In this document: positions 1-12,324 of the stretch, in pieces
How the letters are laid out: each line of letters opens with the position of its first letter
Position numbering within the stretch: the first letter of the stretch is position 1
NCBI GenBank assembly: GCA_951406725.2
Contig: OX597817.1
Coordinates: forward strand, 121,272,001 to 121,336,000
Direction of reading: 5' to 3'
Source of the DNA: Octopus vulgaris
Taxonomy: Eukaryota
DNA length: 64,000 bases
Made by a program: the position numbers and the translations under genes
The notes under the pieces: model-generated
The model's input: only the letters and a program-made list of their open reading frames with translations
Databases searched by the model: none
Told to the model about the DNA's origin: nothing

Positions 1-185
1 AGACAAACATATATATATATATGATGGGCTTCTTTCAGTTTCTCTCTGTCAAATCCACTCACAAGACTTTGGTCGGCCTGAGGCTATAGTAGAAGACACT
101 TGACCAAGGTGCCACGCAGTGGAACTGAACCCAGAACCATGTGGTTGGTAAGCAAGTTTCTTACCACACCGTCACCCCTGTGCCT
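1..185 (-). mobile_element. tRNA-derived SINE, family A (5' half; rest lies before the window)
   Basis: Matches other copies in the window: ...acttgaccaaggtgccacgcagtggaactgaacccagaaccatgtggttggtaagcaag... (reverse complement of tRNA-like head with B box GGTTCAGTTCC). Confidence 0.8.
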
Positions 186-385
186 ATTAAAATTTTTAAC
201 CACATCTCTTGTAATTTCTGAAAGAGATTTGAAACAACCACCTATGAGTTGTATTGCTACTTCTCAACACCAATGCTCACTGATCCACCGAAGATATATG
301 AAGATACAGTTCTATATCGAAGAGATGAGGAATTATGTACATTATTTACATTTGACAGACATTTGTCCTCATCTTGTTTGTTGTT

Positions 386-432
386 AACACAACGTTTCGA
401 CTAATATACTCTCCAAGCCTTCAGCAGGTGTC
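386..432 (-). ncRNA. Minimal type-I hammerhead ribozyme motif (left arm; core mutated to CUGCUGA)
   Basis: Minus strand reads gacac-CTGCTGA-aggcttggagagtatattagtc-GAAACGTT-gtgtt. Stem I gacac/gtgtt; palindromic AACGTT helix III. Confidence 0.6.
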
Positions 433-744
433 TTGGGGAAATTTTGAACCTGGGTTCTCATTCCTAAAGAATTTTTCAATGTTATTATTATTATTATTAT
501 TATTCAGGTGACTGCCTGGAATCAAACTCGGAATCTTGAGGTTAGTAGCCCGTGCTCATAACCACTACGCCGCTTGCCCGCGGGCATATGGCGTAGTCGT
601 TAAGACCGCTAGCAACAAACCCCAAGATTCCGAGTTTGATTTCAGATAGTGATCTGAATAATAATAATAATAATAATAACGATAATAATAATAGCATCGA
701 AAAATACCTTAGGAATGAGAACCCAGGTTCGAAATTTCCCCAAC

Positions 745-788
745 ACACCTGATGAAGGCTGGAGGGTATATCAGCCGAAATGTTGTGT
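745..788 (+). ncRNA. Minimal type-I hammerhead ribozyme motif (right arm)
   Basis: acac-CTGATGA(749-755)-a-ggctg...cagcc-GAAA(777-780)-tgtt-gtgt. Stems I and II pair; the helix III palindrome carries C>T. Confidence 0.65.
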
Positions 789-1466
789 TAACAACAAATA
801 AGATGAAAACAAATATGAGGATAATATGTGTGTGTGCCTTTGTGTTATGTGTATGCCCCACTCCCCGCCGACTAGTTGGAGCCAATGTTTATTTGTTTAC
901 ACTCCCTTAGATTTAATAGTCTGGCAAAGAGGTTCGATAGAATAAATACTCGGTTTCAAAAGTAAGTACTGGGTTCGATTTCTTCGGCTAAACGTTTCAA
1001 GGTGGTGCACCAACGTGGCCGAAGTGGAGAGAGTGAAACAAGTAAAAGGTAAGACATGAAGAAAAAAAAATTATATCTGGAAAGTAGTTAATTTCATGAT
1101 AGCAAAATTCCTCGTTAATAGATCCGTAACGGAACAAATGAATATAAGGGAAATAACTCTTGTAATATTTAATGAGTAATGTCCCATGAAAATCAGGCTG
1201 TTAAGCAATTTGACTTTCATCTAACAAATTATGACGCTCTTGTGGTTTGAACTGGTGGGGTTAGTATGAGACAACAGCGTCCTTAGGACTCTATTAAGAG
1301 TTGAGGGTTGCTGTAAGGAATAAATGTATTGTGTGAGAAACATTTTTGCGATTTAAAACTATTGTATTCCCTTGCACATAAGTGTTAGTTCGCAAGATGT
1401 TACAATGTTAAAATAGATATCAAAGATATATACAATATATGAATGCATTATACATACATACACAAA

Positions 1467-1526
<60 letters not shown>

Positions 1527-2117
1527 CATACATACATATATATATATATACATATATATATATACACACAAATACATACACATATATATATATGTCCTTT
1601 ATTCCTGCAGAGGTAAGAGAGAATTTTCTTATATTCACCACCCACACACAAATCTGCCTGTAAATATTCAATAAAGCTCTACTTATCGCCGTAAACTTAC
1701 TGGCTGCTATTTCTTGCAATGATCATACTGTTTGTACATCTGCTTTATATATTTACACACACATGCAAACATTTTGAGTATACAAATATCTCTTAAAAGG
1801 GATGTGAACATCCAAGCTTTGCCGGTTTAATTTTATATATCAATGCAAAAGTTCAAGAGCCCAGTATAACTTAATAGTATCGGTGTTTATTGTTTAAATA
1901 GGTACCAATTAAGAATATTATGGAGTATAATGATTATTACAGTTCGGTACATAGGTTTATAAAAAATTGCATCTTGAAATAGCGAGTTAAATATTTCTAC
2001 TTTTTATTTATCAATTTGTAACTGATTGAGTTAAATATGGGAACAAATTGTGGCTTACAGAGAATTTTGACAATATGTTAATAGATTGAATTTCATCAGT
2101 AAAATTCTCTATTTTCT

Positions 2118-2150
<33 letters not shown>

Positions 2151-2156
<6 letters not shown>

Positions 2157-2420
2157 GATAAATGAAATATAGAGCTATTCTATTGACAGTTAATAACTTA
2201 TTTATATTAAAATATTACATTAAATACTATGAATATAATATATAACAGAAAACATAACATAATATTATATAAATAATTACAAAAACGGTTTTTATAATTA
2301 TTTATATATGTTATGTTTTATTATGTAATATATTGTATTCATAGCTTTTAATATAATATTGTAATATAAATAAATTATTGAGTGTCAATAGAACATCTCT
2401 ATATTTAATTTATCTTTATA
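2151..2420. repeat. AT-rich ~270-bp foldback (long inverted repeat)
   Basis: Left arm ataatgataaatgaaatatagagctattctattgacag... matches the reverse complement of the right arm ...gtgtcaatagaacatctctatatttaatttatctttat; centre aaaaacggtttttt at ~2281-2294. Confidence 0.85.
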
Positions 2421-2520
2421 ATTGAATTATACCAATATTTATATGGTATCCAACTGAAGTACCAGTGAATTGGATATTTAACACACCCCTTTGAAGGATT
2501 TCTTTTCCTCAGTTTGTTAC

Positions 2521-2557
<37 letters not shown>

Positions 2558-2710
2558 ATATTTTGGACTGATGGGTATATATTGATTAGTGTGTCGAAGT
2601 GTTGAGTAGAGCACTGGCACGGCTTGGGCTACGTGGTGTCATCTGAGGTCAGGGTATATTTCCATTGGATTTACTTTAGGAATTCTGCAGTGTTAGTTGA
2701 GATAGTAATA

Positions 2711-2769
2711 ATTAAGTAACCAGAAGATGGGATTTGGTTAATACCAAATCCATCTTCTGGTTACTTAAT
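2711..2769. repeat. Near-perfect 59-bp hairpin
   Basis: attaagtaaccagaagatgggatttggt-taat-accaaatccatcttctggttacttaat (27-bp stem, one bulged G). Confidence 0.9.
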
Positions 2770-2770
2770 C

Positions 2771-2815
<45 letters not shown>

Positions 2816-3635
2816 CATATATTTTGGGTTTAGTCCCACTGCGTGGCACCTTGGGCAGGTGTCTTCTGCTATATAGTTACAGGCCAACCGAAGCCTTGTA
2901 ACTGAATTTGGTAGGTGGAAGTTATTGTCATGTGTGTACATGTGTAAGTGCTTGTGCCTCCTAACCCCATAGCCATGCCCTTTATCTGTTGATATGTTTT
3001 ATTGTCGAATCTAAAGGTATTTTCTTCTAGCAGTAGGCGTGTGGCCTTGGTGATGAAGTCAGTCTTGAAGCATTCATTTATCCGTCCTCTATGTTTCTCT
3101 ACCCAGTGTTTGATTCCTTCCAGGCCTAAAGTGTAAGGTATATTAGTATAGATATTGGTGACATCAAAACTTGTAAATATAGTACCTTCTGTGTTATGTG
3201 TTATGTAAGATGTGTTATGTGAAATCTATGCCATCCCATACATAACTGGGTACAAAAGCAATCCATAGTAAATATAAAAACAACCTTCTGGGACAATTGG
3301 TGGTTTATAGAGATGGAATGTTGTGGATCTATTTTGTATTGAAGTACAATGAAGTGAAAAAAGTTCTTTCGATATTTCATGGTAGGCAACCCGAGTGGCC
3401 AGGTATGTGAATAAGAATACAAGAGTTTAGGTCCATGCTACATATGTTTCATAGCAAGTGGAACCTCGGAAGTGGTAAATATCTGTGACAATGTAAACTT
3501 TCATTTAATCAAAATATCCTTAACCTGAAGAGTAGCCTAATACATATTAAACAAATAAAAGACTGAAATAAATAAAATATAAAATTATATATATGTATAT
3601 ATGTTTGTTTCTGTGTGTGTGTGTGTATATGTATG

Positions 3636-3670
<35 letters not shown>

Positions 3671-4506
3671 GCAAGAGCTAAGGAATGGAGTAGATAAGAT
3701 CTGGGCTTCATGTTTCTTAGTGAGCAGAACCTTGGAAGTGGTAAATATCCAAGTATACATACATACATTTATACACACACACACGTGTATATATAAATAT
3801 CTAAATACACATGTATTTATATAGATATCTAAATACACACACACATAAATAAATACACACATATACATATATTTAAGAATTAACATATACATAAAAAGAA
3901 GGAACAAGGTATTTCAAGAATAGATTGTCTTCTGCATAATGCTCACCGGCACCAAATAGATCTATTTTATTTACTTATTTAAAGTATTTAAATTAAATCA
4001 ATATATTTACTTTATTTTATTTTAATCTGTTACACATTTCTTTATTATTCATCTAGCATCCTCTTAATATATTTTTCACCCTTGACTGATTTTACAATTT
4101 AAATTCTATTTCTTCATTGTTACAATCATTTAATCCTCCAGAACCCCACAATAACTGAGTTTGTTTTAACCCTATACATATTTTTCCTTCTTTATCCAAT
4201 AGCATCTCTTCCTGATACTTAATGTAACCCTTTCCGCACACTGCTTACACTGCAATGCCAAACTGCTACCTTTGGTAGATCTTCTTTATCTTGTTTTTGT
4301 ACCCCTCACACCCACTTGTTGGTTGTCTGATAATTCAAATACACTGCCCACACTTGATGTTATCATTAAACAATATGGTCTTCTTCATACCTTACCCTTA
4401 ACTCTACTTCCCTGCCCATAATGGCATTGACTAATCTTTTCTGTATATCTCCCCCTTACTCTTAATGTCTATCACTCTGTATGTCTATCGTTCGTTATGA
4501 ACATAG

Positions 4507-4924
4507 TTTCTTATTTCTTTATTGCCCACAAGGGGCTAAACATAGAGGGGACAAACAAGGACAGACAAAAGGATTAAGGCGATTACATCAACCCCAGTGC
4601 ATAACTGGTACTTAATTTATCGACCCCGAAAGGATGAAAGGCAAAGTCGACCTCGGCGGAATTTGAACTCAGAACGTAGACAGAAGAAATACCTATTTCT
4701 TTACAACCCACAGGGGGCTAAACACAGAGAGGACAAACAAGGACAGATAAACAGATTAAGTCAATTATATCGACCCCAGTGCATAACTGGTACTTATTTG
4801 ATCGACCCCGAAAGGATGAAAGGCAAAGTCGACCTCAGTGGAATTTGAACTCAGAACATAGACAGAAGAAACACCGCTAAGTATTTTGCCCAGTGTGCTA
4901 ACGTTTCTGCCAGCTCGCCGCCTT
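4507..4924 (-). mobile_element. SINE family B with internal tandem duplication (dimer)
   Basis: Two consecutive copies of ...cgaccccgaaaggatgaaaggcaaagtcgacctc...gaatttgaactcagaac; head ends gctcgccgcctt. Confidence 0.85.
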
Positions 4925-6084
4925 CATTAGTTTCTATCTACCTCTCTTCCTATCATAACCGTGCCTTCCTACTGTGCTTTACACCTCACACAAGTTTATA
5001 GTAGATAAATGCTTTCTATCAATGATCCACTTCATCTTCTCTCCAACGACGCCTATTTTTTACATAAGGAATTTGCCTACCATATATACTATTCTACTTT
5101 ACATAAAACTTTAGCTTTATTGGTACTTATAATGTTACTTTGAAAATTAAAATCGAACAATTTTTAAAATTCAAACTTTATCCTTAGCTGCAATATTTTA
5201 AGTAAAAATTTTCTTGCTCTGTACTTTACCAGATGTAATAAGTTGTCCTGAACTTTTCCAAGTGTAATAACTTGTCCTGTGATTTCAGGTTTATAATCTT
5301 AAGAATATTATTTCTCTTGCTCGTATTTTTCCATGTAATCCATGTTTTTCCAGGCTAAGCTATTATGCTAATCAATAATGTCAAGTGTGTCAATTAGCAG
5401 TGTCGTTGATAATTTTTCCTTACCTCAATGACGCCGGTGACATATATAGAAGTCCCCTTATAGAACTATATTCATAAAACAGTATAGAACTATATTATTA
5501 CCCTCAAATGTGAGAAGCAAACTCTCATAACTTTTTTCTTTTAAAACTTCATTGCATGAGACTGATACCATGTAATTCCTTGAATTGAGCTCTATTATTT
5601 AAATTTAATTAAAATATAATTTGTTTTTAAAATAAAAATATTAATTATACTTAAATCCAATTTTTTGCCTTACTTATTTCATGATATTTTACCTCACCTT
5701 TTTTTATACAAATTTTTGTTGCATGGGAACAAATCTACAAAATTCTTCATACTTTCTTCTATCATTGAAGCTAAGATAAATATATTTTGCTTTGAAAATA
5801 AAAAAAGTTATTTAGATCTAATCTTGATTGGAGGTGTTACTCTCCTATGACGGTACTACAAATTTTGATGTAAACTTTTTTCTACTGGACCAAATTTCAA
5901 TTTTTTATGCCAAAATGTAGCTATATACCAGTCTTCTTCAAAAATGTTAACAGTGTTCAATTTGGTTCAATTAGCAACGAGCTCTGAAAAGTGATGCATG
6001 TGAGTAAATTGCGGCCTTAAGAATATTATTCAACTTCTAGCATAGTGGAATGATATATACATGTACAAGCACACAAATACAATT

Positions 6085-6455
6085 ACTTCTACTTGTTTCA
6101 GTTACTTGACTACGGCCATGCTGGAGCATCACCTTTAGTCGAACAAATCGACCCTAGGACTTATTCTTTGTAAGTCTAACACTTATTCTATCGGTCTCTT
6201 TTGCCGAACAGCTAGCTCACGGTGACGTAAACACCAACATTGGTTGTCAAGCAATGGTGGTGGTGGGGTGGGGACCACAAACATGCAAACACATACACGT
6301 CGAACTTCTTTTCCGTTTCTGCCTATCAAATAAACTCACAAGGCTTTGATCGGCACGAGGCTGTAGGTGAAGACACTTGCCCAAGATGCCACGCAATGGA
6401 ACTGAACCCGGAACCAGGTGACTCGGAAGCAAGCTTCTAACCACACAGCCACTCA
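6085..6455 (-). mobile_element. SINE family A, diverged full-length copy
   Basis: Colinear with the 6762-7158 and 15316-15818 copies. Confidence 0.8.
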
Positions 6456-6761
6456 TTTGTCTATATATTATATTATGAAAGAGATTATTGTGTACTGTGC
6501 TCAGGTGCACTACAAGTAAGAAAAACAAAGTACATCGAGGACAACGAAGGACGCAGCGTCGTTCTCACGGAAGATGACAAGTGACACCACCGCCGACTAT
6601 GACGAAGACAGCAACCCCAAGGCCGACGATGACAATGGCACCACCGGCAACTCCGAAGTAGACACAGAAGACGACGATGACGCTGCCAACGACGACGACA
6701 TAACGCACAGCATTACCGCCGCCGTCAACGAGAATGACGGACGACCTTGTTCTAAATTATT

Positions 6762-7158
6762 ACTCTTTTACTTGTTTCAGTCATGTGACTGTGGCCAGGC
6801 TGGGGCACCGCCTGTAGTCGAGCAAATCGACCCCAGGACTTATTCTTTGTAAGCCTAGTACTTATTCTATTGGTCTCTTTTGACGAACCGGTAATTTACG
6901 GGGACGTAAACACACCAGCATCGGTTGTCAAGCGATGCTGGGGGGGGGGGACAAACACAGACACACACATACATACATATATATATACATATATACGACG
7001 GGCTTCTTTCAGTTTCCGTCTACCAAATCCACTCACAAGGCTTTGGTCGGTCCGAAACTATTGTAGAACACACTTGCCCAAGGTGCCACGCTGTGGGACT
7101 GAACCCGGAACCATGTGGTTCGTAAGGAAGCTACTTACCACACAGCCACTCCTATGCC
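6762..7158 (-). mobile_element. SINE family A, full-length
   Basis: Tail actcttttacttgtttcag, central CA/TA microsatellite, tRNA-like head ...cacagccactcctatgcc. Confidence 0.9.
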
Positions 7159-7679
7159 TAATGTTTAGGAAATTAAATATGTCTGAAAATCGAAAGATAT
7201 TTTGCTCCATATAGTTATATACTTAAAGCTCAACAGAAGTACTAGATGGGCATAAAAAGAATGCTTTTGATCATAAGTCTGTTCAGTCATCACCTGACTC
7301 TGGGCTAAACAACAATAAAAACACGAGGGCAATTGTAAAATCGACCAGGAACATTCATCGAGTCGCTGTATTAAGTATTGAATAAATCTCCCACATGATT
7401 GAACTGCAGGTAATCCTGTGATTAGCTGACGTCCTATTTGCTCGGAAACTTGTCTCTTATCGACTTAACGTCTTAGGAAATGAAGATGAGTTCTAGTTCT
7501 GTAGACTTCGACGCTCCGCGAAAGGACAGAAATAAACACACTACTAAATATATTTCATTGTATTTTAACGGTGAACGGAACGGGAGAGGAAAACGAGTTA
7601 CTGAAAAGGTCACGATTTAAGTTTGGAAAAAATTTAGAGGAATGATTGTTGCATTTCATTTACATGCCATAAATGTTGG

Positions 7680-7852
7680 TTTGAAATTTTGGCAAAAGGC
7701 CAGCAAGTTCGGAAGTAAATCGATTACATTGACCCCAGTGCTCAGTTGCTACTTCAGACCTCGGTGAAATTTGAACTCGCAATGTAAAGATGAACGAAAT
7801 GCCGCTAAGCATTCTGTCCGGCGCGCTAACGATTCTGCCAGCTCCCCGCTTT
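7680..7852 (-). mobile_element. SINE family B, partly deleted copy
   Basis: gacctcggtgaaatttgaactc...gcgctaacgattctgccagctc. Confidence 0.75.
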
Positions 7853-7976
7853 CCATACCATAAATAATCTTTTATTCTTCTACTTGCTTCAGTGATTGGA
7901 CAGCTTTCGTGCAGCGACTTTATGCTGAATCACTGATTCACGAAGACGCAGCGACAAACACACACGTATATGTATG

Positions 7977-8056
<80 letters not shown>

Positions 8057-8315
8057 CATATATATATATATATGTATATATACACCCTGGGTCAGGAACA
8101 TTAAAACCATATATTGGTTTTCCGAAAAGAAAAAAAGGAATTCTCCAACAACAACAATCACCACTACTACTATTACTGCTATTACGGCCAATGGTCATTT
8201 TCACGATAACAGTCAACGCACAAGACAGCCATTATGCTCTGCCCCTCAAAACACCACCACGTGGACTTTGTTGAAACTAGTAAGAAACAATTATGAACTT
8301 ATTTATTACACTTAA

Positions 8316-8358
8316 CTTAGATAAGGTTCATTTTTTCAAGAACCGAAACATGTAAAAT
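8316..8358 (+). ncRNA. Degenerate minimal hammerhead motif
   Basis: Stem II ggttc/gaacc followed by GAAACATGTA (palindromic ACATGT, GUA cleavage triplet); 5' core decayed to ttagataa. Confidence 0.4.
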
Positions 8359-8529
8359 CTCTAAGAAAATTAAAATTTATCTTATAAAGTGGTGTTTTCA
8401 AACTTCTTTTTTATAAATATATACCCACTCGTATGCCACCTATACTTTATATATATATGTGACCTCGTGTGTACCGTTGGCGATTTTTTTTCCTCTGTCT
8501 TCCCTTCTCTGGATCTTTTCTTCTCCTAT

Positions 8530-8564
8530 GTTTCCGACGAAGAGCTCCGCTCGAAACGTTAAAC
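8530..8564 (+). ncRNA. Minimal type-I hammerhead ribozyme motif (core CCGACGA)
   Basis: gttt-CCGACGA-a-gagc-tcc-gctc-GAAACGTT-aaac. Stem I gttt/aaac, stem II gagc/gctc, palindromic helix III. Lies in a ~190-bp segment flanked by (TA)n. Confidence 0.6.
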
Positions 8565-8650
8565 CCTCCTTCTTTCCTGAGCGTCCAATAATACTATATT
8601 TGTTCCACGTCCTCGCGTTGTTGTGTTTTTTTGTGCTTTCTTGTTTGGAT

Positions 8651-8689
<39 letters not shown>

Positions 8690-10247
8690 GACGGGCTTTT
8701 TTCAGTTTCCGCCAACTAAACTCACTCACAAGGCTTTGGTCGACCTGGGACAATAGTTGCAGCCTAACTTGCTCTATGTACCACGTAGTGGGACCAGACC
8801 TAGGTCCACATGTGGTTGGGAAGCAAACTTCTTACCACACGCCCACCTTAACTAATACTTGAAATGGTTAAATACTTATTAATTGGCAAAACATGACATC
8901 ACACAATGACAGCACAATTGAGATTAAGACATTACAAGAATATGAAACAAGAGAATTGCAGCAAACTGCATGATAGTGGTATCAGACGTGGCATACCGAC
9001 CTTCGTAAAACTTGCTTGACAATGCGATTCTAAGCTATTCCGTTTTACGAATTCAGTGGCACATGCGCATTGATCCGGTTCCTACACAAAACTGTTTACA
9101 GATCACGAATTTGCAATGGATGTGTAAAAGAAAAAGCACCCCAATTTATGTAATATCTCAAGTACAACAATAAAACGAACGAAAACATTAAATCACTTAT
9201 TGAGTTTTTTTCTTAATCTTCTCCCTGTGACTACTTTTTGTACCCACCATTTTTTTTTTCTTTTTAATTGTTACTGTTTTTCCTTATATGTGTATCTTAC
9301 GAAGTTTATTTCTGTCTTGGGCGTCGTGCAAAACAACTCTACTTCAATTTCGTTGTTGTGAAATTAATAAACAACCAGTGTAATATCTTTTTCTATTAAA
9401 ATATTGCACCGTTTGTTTAATATCTTAAAAGTACAAGGCTTGGGATTTTTGGAGGAAGCGAATCGATTTCATCGATTCTTGTACATGGCTGTTACTCATT
9501 TTATCGACACTGAAAGGATGAAATGCAAAGTCAACCTCGATGTAATTTGAACTCGGGAGGAAAAGCCGGAAGAAATACCGCAAGTAATTGTTGTCCGGTG
9601 TGCTTAACTATTCTGCTGGTTCGTCGCCCTAACTAACGATGCAGTATAAATCTGACAGACAGTCGTTGTATAAACCTTAATAACCTAAATAATGTTTGTT
9701 CGACTTAAGAGCATATACATACGGCTGTTCAATCTAAGGGAAAATTTAGGCAAATCTCCCTCGTATAAACAACATATTGTCTGAAATAAGATACTGAAAG
9801 GGTATCTTGAATTTAGTTCTAATTACCAGTGTGCATGAGGTAGAAAAAGTTAGATGGTTACAGGATACTTCTGGATCGGAGATGACTTGTGGGTTAACAT
9901 CAGTAGTGAACCAATGAGTTTGCATTATTAGAAAAAAATGACACCGACGATCTCAAGAAAAAGAAGAGGCGAGCTAAGATGGAGTTCATATAATATTCTA
10001 CGTATAAATAATGTAAACTCTCATAATATCGTCAGTATCATACACGATATATATATAATAATTATATACGTTGTATATGATATGTTATGTTCTGCCAGAA
10101 TCTTGGTCATCACTATGATAGAGTGGAAGTGGTTGTCTCGGAGAAAAGAGAATAAGAAGAGGAAGCCAGAGACTGGACGGGAGAAAGAGCAGCACAGAGG
10201 AAAAGAGTGGAATCATACGCAATTTGTACCGGTACTTTGCTTTATTG

Positions 10248-10500
10248 TGGAGGCGCGTGGCTTAGTGGTTAGGGTATCAGCACTATGATCGTAAGATTGT
10301 GGTTTCGATTCCTGGACCGGGTGATGCGTTGTGTTCTTGAGCAAAACACTTCATTTCACGTTGCTCCAGTCCACTCAGCTGGAAAAAAATGAGTAACGCT
10401 GCGATGGACTGGCGTCCCGTCCAGCTGGGGAACACATACGCCATAGAAACCGGAAAACCGGGCCCATGAGCCTGGCTAAGCTTTAAAAGGGCACATTTAT
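10248..10500 (+). mobile_element. tRNA-derived SINE (family C head) with V-domain-like core
   Basis: A box TGGCTTAGTGG, B box GGTTTCGATTCC, then ctgcgatggactggcgtcccgtccag, which resembles the V-SINE central domain. Confidence 0.7.
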
Positions 10501-10735
10501 TTGTTTTTATTACTTTGCTTTATTGAACACTGAAGGATTAAAAGCCAAGTTGACCTCAGTCGAAATCGAATTCAGAACGCAAAGAACCGCAAGAAATTCT
10601 GCACAGCATTTGTCCAATGTACTAATGATTCTGTCGATCGACAAGCTATACGTAATACAGTGAGTCGAAAAACTTCGATTAATTAAAATTATGCGAGCAA
10701 TTAGGAGACAAATACTTTCTCTAGAGGTATTTATA

Positions 10736-10828
<93 letters not shown>

Positions 10829-11694
10829 AATATATTTAAAAAACCCACCTCACCACAAATAAGGGAGATAACCTCTGTAAGATCAGTTGATCGAATTGTT
10901 TTCCGTTTGGATAATGTAGACAATAAAATTTGGAGTGGATCTCGACTTTGAAGCCAATCGGTGAAAGCAACGGATGTTTTTTTCCTTTTTGATACATTCA
11001 ACAAAGATAATTTTAGGAAGTTGTTACTGAGGAAATGATTACCAGAATTAACCTAATTTTCCGTATATTTTTGACATTTGATTTGATATGAAACTATGTT
11101 GAAACAGACATTTATATATTTTGTAACAAAGCAATCGACATTTACAGACTTGCTTATCAACCGTGAAAAATCATAAAACTAAAAGTATTTTGGTAGAGAC
11201 ATAATTGTTTGTTTGTTTGTTTGCTAGTAAAACTGGCAATTATGAAATAGTGAACTGCTCACAGGAAGACCAGTGACAAAGGGATTGATCATAATAGCTA
11301 TGTGGCTATACATATGATAGCTGTGCGCTTAAGATGTTCACTTCTCACTCATGTGGTTCCGGGTTCGATCCAGTTTCGAAGTAACTTGAATAAGTATCTT
11401 TCCATCTAGCTTTGGGACGATCTAAGCTTTGTGAATAAAATTAGGTGGTTAGAAATTATGCGGAAGCCCTTCGGATGGACATTATCTGTTCTTGTGTGAT
11501 AGTCTGAACCAATTAGCCTGTTTATTACAATTATTTGGTCCTTGAGTGTTTTTAGAAGAGTCCTTTCTGTTGCAACCATTCTATTTAGGTATTCGGCCTG
11601 AAGATAACTTGATCTTTGGTTGCGCCGCATCATGTCAGTTTCAGAAATCTTGTAAAAAAAATCAGGTGGGCTCCCTATTCCTCTTTGCCTAACC

Positions 11695-12042
11695 CAGTGT
11701 TTCCCAGCCTATTTCCATCTTCAGGCCCACAATAACTTTCCAGAAATTGTATGCCCCACCAGTGACATACGTAAAAAGATTCATAATTTATACTTTCCTT
11801 AAAGAAATATCCATACTAGGGCATTAGAATAGCACTATACTGTAGCAGTCTTCATACAACATACTTGGGTGGAAGGATTGGCTTGGTTAGACTGAATATA
11901 GGTATAGTATGTTTGTCGCGAGAAAGAAGATTTTCACAATTCTATGTCCTACAAAAAAAAAAAAAAGTTTTGGATCTTACGCTCCATCACAATTTTCCCA
12001 GGACCCACCGGTGGTGCGTATGTCCCACGTTGGGAATCACTG
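11695..12042. mobile_element. Non-autonomous hAT-type MITE (348 bp)
   Basis: TIRs cagtgtttccca.../...tgggaatcactg; 8-bp TSD gcctaacc / gtctaacc (7/8). Confidence 0.75.
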
Positions 12043-12324
12043 GTCTAACCCATGGGAAAGAGAAAAAATAATGTAATGCAAGCTTTTTGCAATCACTTCC
12101 GAACGAAGCCTTTCCGATAACAGCAACCGGCTGATAGCAATAACAAACGAATGACATTAAGCGAATAAAGAGATCAGGGCCCACTAATTTTGATTGTAAT
12201 AACCGGGTGATAAAGCATCCATGCTTATAATGAGCAGGATTCAATATAATAAGGATTCTTAATATTGAACCACTGCTACAAGTTTTAGCCAATTGCTAAA
12301 CACATTTCTCAACATCTCATAATA

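Larger units (their letters stand above)
356..816. mobile_element. Head-to-head foldback of two [tRNA-like head + (TAA)n + hammerhead] units
   Basis: Arms are reverse complements about the centre gcccg|cgggc (580/581). Each arm has an A-box-like GGCGTAGT(G/C)G, a B-box-like GAGTTTGATT(C/T)C, (TAA)n and a hammerhead core. Confidence 0.8.

Noticed and set aside
582-657. Possible genuine tRNA genes (here and at 10248, 22995, 61400)
   Set aside because: Acceptor stems do not pair well and each continues into a repeat body, so they are SINE heads
1359-1719. ORFs rich in YI/CV/HT repeats here and throughout the window
   Set aside because: They are translations of (TA)n, (TG)n and (TACA)n microsatellites
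2570-2606. CTGATGG...CGAAGTGTT hammerhead-like motif
   Set aside because: Both core boxes are mutated and the stems are unconvincing
6574-6852. Acidic D-rich 92-aa ORF
   Set aside because: A degenerate (GAC)n repeat running into a SINE; no domain or splice support
11406-11633. 75-aa minus-strand ORF of complex sequence
   Set aside because: No recognisable motif or splice context
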